In this document: positions 45,270 to 46,383 of the stretch, piece after piece | How positions within the stretch are numbered: the stretch's first letter is position 1 | Layout of the letters: each line of letters begins with the position of its first letter | Virus record (IMG/VR): IMGVR_UViG_3300014205_009245 | Strand: one strand, 5' to 3' | Source of the DNA: an uncultured virus (IMG/VR IMGVR_UViG_3300014205_009245) | Taxonomy: Duplodnaviria; Heunggongvirae; Uroviricota; Caudoviricetes | Length of the DNA: 46,383 nucleotides | The notes under the pieces: model-generated | What the model was told of the DNA's origin: nothing | The model's database searches: none | What the model saw: only the letters and a program-made list of their open reading frames with translations | Position numbers and translations under genes: made by a program

Positions 45270-46383
45270 AGCAACTTTCTACTACATCTTTATACCTGGG
45301 CAATATATTCTTCCAATTTAAATCTTTCTCAACTTGCATCCTCCCATCATTGGCAATCGATGGGGATTCCCATATGTTTTGTATAAAATTAGAGAACGCT
45401 CCGCAGACTCTCTCACTAAATATGCTCTGATAATTCGAATTTTTCGCAGATGGAATACATTTTCCGCCACTTAATTCAATAGCATTCCCAACATCCATCG
45501 ACACCCACGGCAGACAAGCAGCCATACACTCAAGTAATACCAATGGGGCTACCTCTTTTTCTGACGGGAAAACAAAAACATTGCTATTCTTAAACAACCC
45601 CACCGTAATCTGACGACTGATATTTTTAAGAAGAACAGTATTTACTGTTGTTAGTTTCATTTTTTTATACCAGTCGTTTTCTATTTGTTCTCCGATTGGA
45701 AAAGACATCTGACTACACACCTGAATGTAAACAAATTTATGCGGATCTGGAATCATTGACAAAATATGTGGCATATGATTATGTCCCTTTCCAGGAAAGA
45801 AATTAGACACGTTTAATACCCATCGAAGATTTATAAATCTCTCATCAATGTTGGCAGAATGTACTATCTCTTCTCTGGAAAGTTTATTTTCATCAAATTC
45901 ATCAATATCAATTCCATTGGGTATTATTATCATTTTTTCTGGTGTTATATTTGAGTTAAATATTTTATAGTCTCTGTCGGATTTGGAATGACAGATAATT
46001 CTTTGTATCACAGGTCCAGAACAAACTCTATTAACCATTGTCCTGTTATTGTACAGAAAATTTGCACCACAAGGAGCTAATATTAATTTCCATGTAGGAT
46101 TTTGATTATAAATGAAGTATCTGAAAAAATCAAACACATCACTATATACTAATACTACATTAGGATTAATAGATTTAATTTGTTTTTCAAATCCAACAGA
46201 ATTATTTGGAATGTATTCCAAAACTTTTACTGGACCAGAGTTATTACGAGATATGCCAGGAACTCGTCTGGTTATGACGAAAACCTCGTGATATTGCGAC
46301 AAGTACTCCGATATATGTTGAGTGACTATTTCACATCCACCTAAAAGCGGAGCATAATGATTTACACAAATAACTATTTTCAC
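45262..46383 (-). CDS. Glycosyltransferase family 4 (GT-B)
   Basis: GGCE, IPNGID, FVFPS.KE.APLVLLE.MA motifs. GTG start at the window edge. Confidence 0.9.
   Translation of the reverse strand: MKIVICVNHYAPLLGGCEIVTQHISEYLSQYHEVFVITRRVPGISRNNSGPVKVLEYIPNNSVGFEKQIKSINPNVVLVYSDVFDFFRYFIYNQNPTWKLILAPCGANFLYNNRTMVNRVCSGPVIQRIICHSKSDRDYKIFNSNITPEKMIIIPNGIDIDEFDENKLSREEIVHSANIDERFINLRWVLNVSNFFPGKGHNHMPHILSMIPDPHKFVYIQVCSQMSFPIGEQIENDWYKKMKLTTVNTVLLKNISRQITVGLFKNSNVFVFPSEKEVAPLVLLECMAACLPWVSMDVGNAIELSGGKCIPSAKNSNYQSIFSERVCGAFSNFIQNIWESPSIANDGRMQVEKDLNWKNILPRYKDVVESCCA

Overview
AT-rich window (about 35% GC by eye) with about 60 tightly packed, often overlapping genes, essentially all on the minus strand. 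No rRNA, tRNA or CRISPR array was seen. The content reads as the replication/recombination and auxiliary-metabolism region of a large (jumbo-type) bacteriophage; this is an inference, since no virion genes are in the window. It carries a two-gene (split) DnaE, DnaB plus a loader, a primase split into zinc-binding and TOPRIM genes, RecA, two SSB-like paralogs, UvrD, an SF2 helicase, a Cas4-like nuclease, UDG, two adenine MTases, a sigma-like factor, IF3, SpoVS and a Ycf46-type AAA ATPase. It also has a NeuB/NeuA/KdsC plus two Maf/DUF115-type nonulosonate (sialic acid/KDN-like) cluster, glycosyltransferases and the start of purA. Three selfish elements are present: a solo tnpB IS200/IS605 element interrupting a small gene, a canonical LAGLIDADG intein in the SF2 helicase, and a DnaE intein. 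The DnaE intein is the standout. It has no nuclease in its own frame, but a complete zinc-finger/DUF559(Vsr)-type endonuclease gene, with its own RBS, ATG, stop and candidate promoter, is nested in the +1 frame. Both frames stay open for more than 300 codons.
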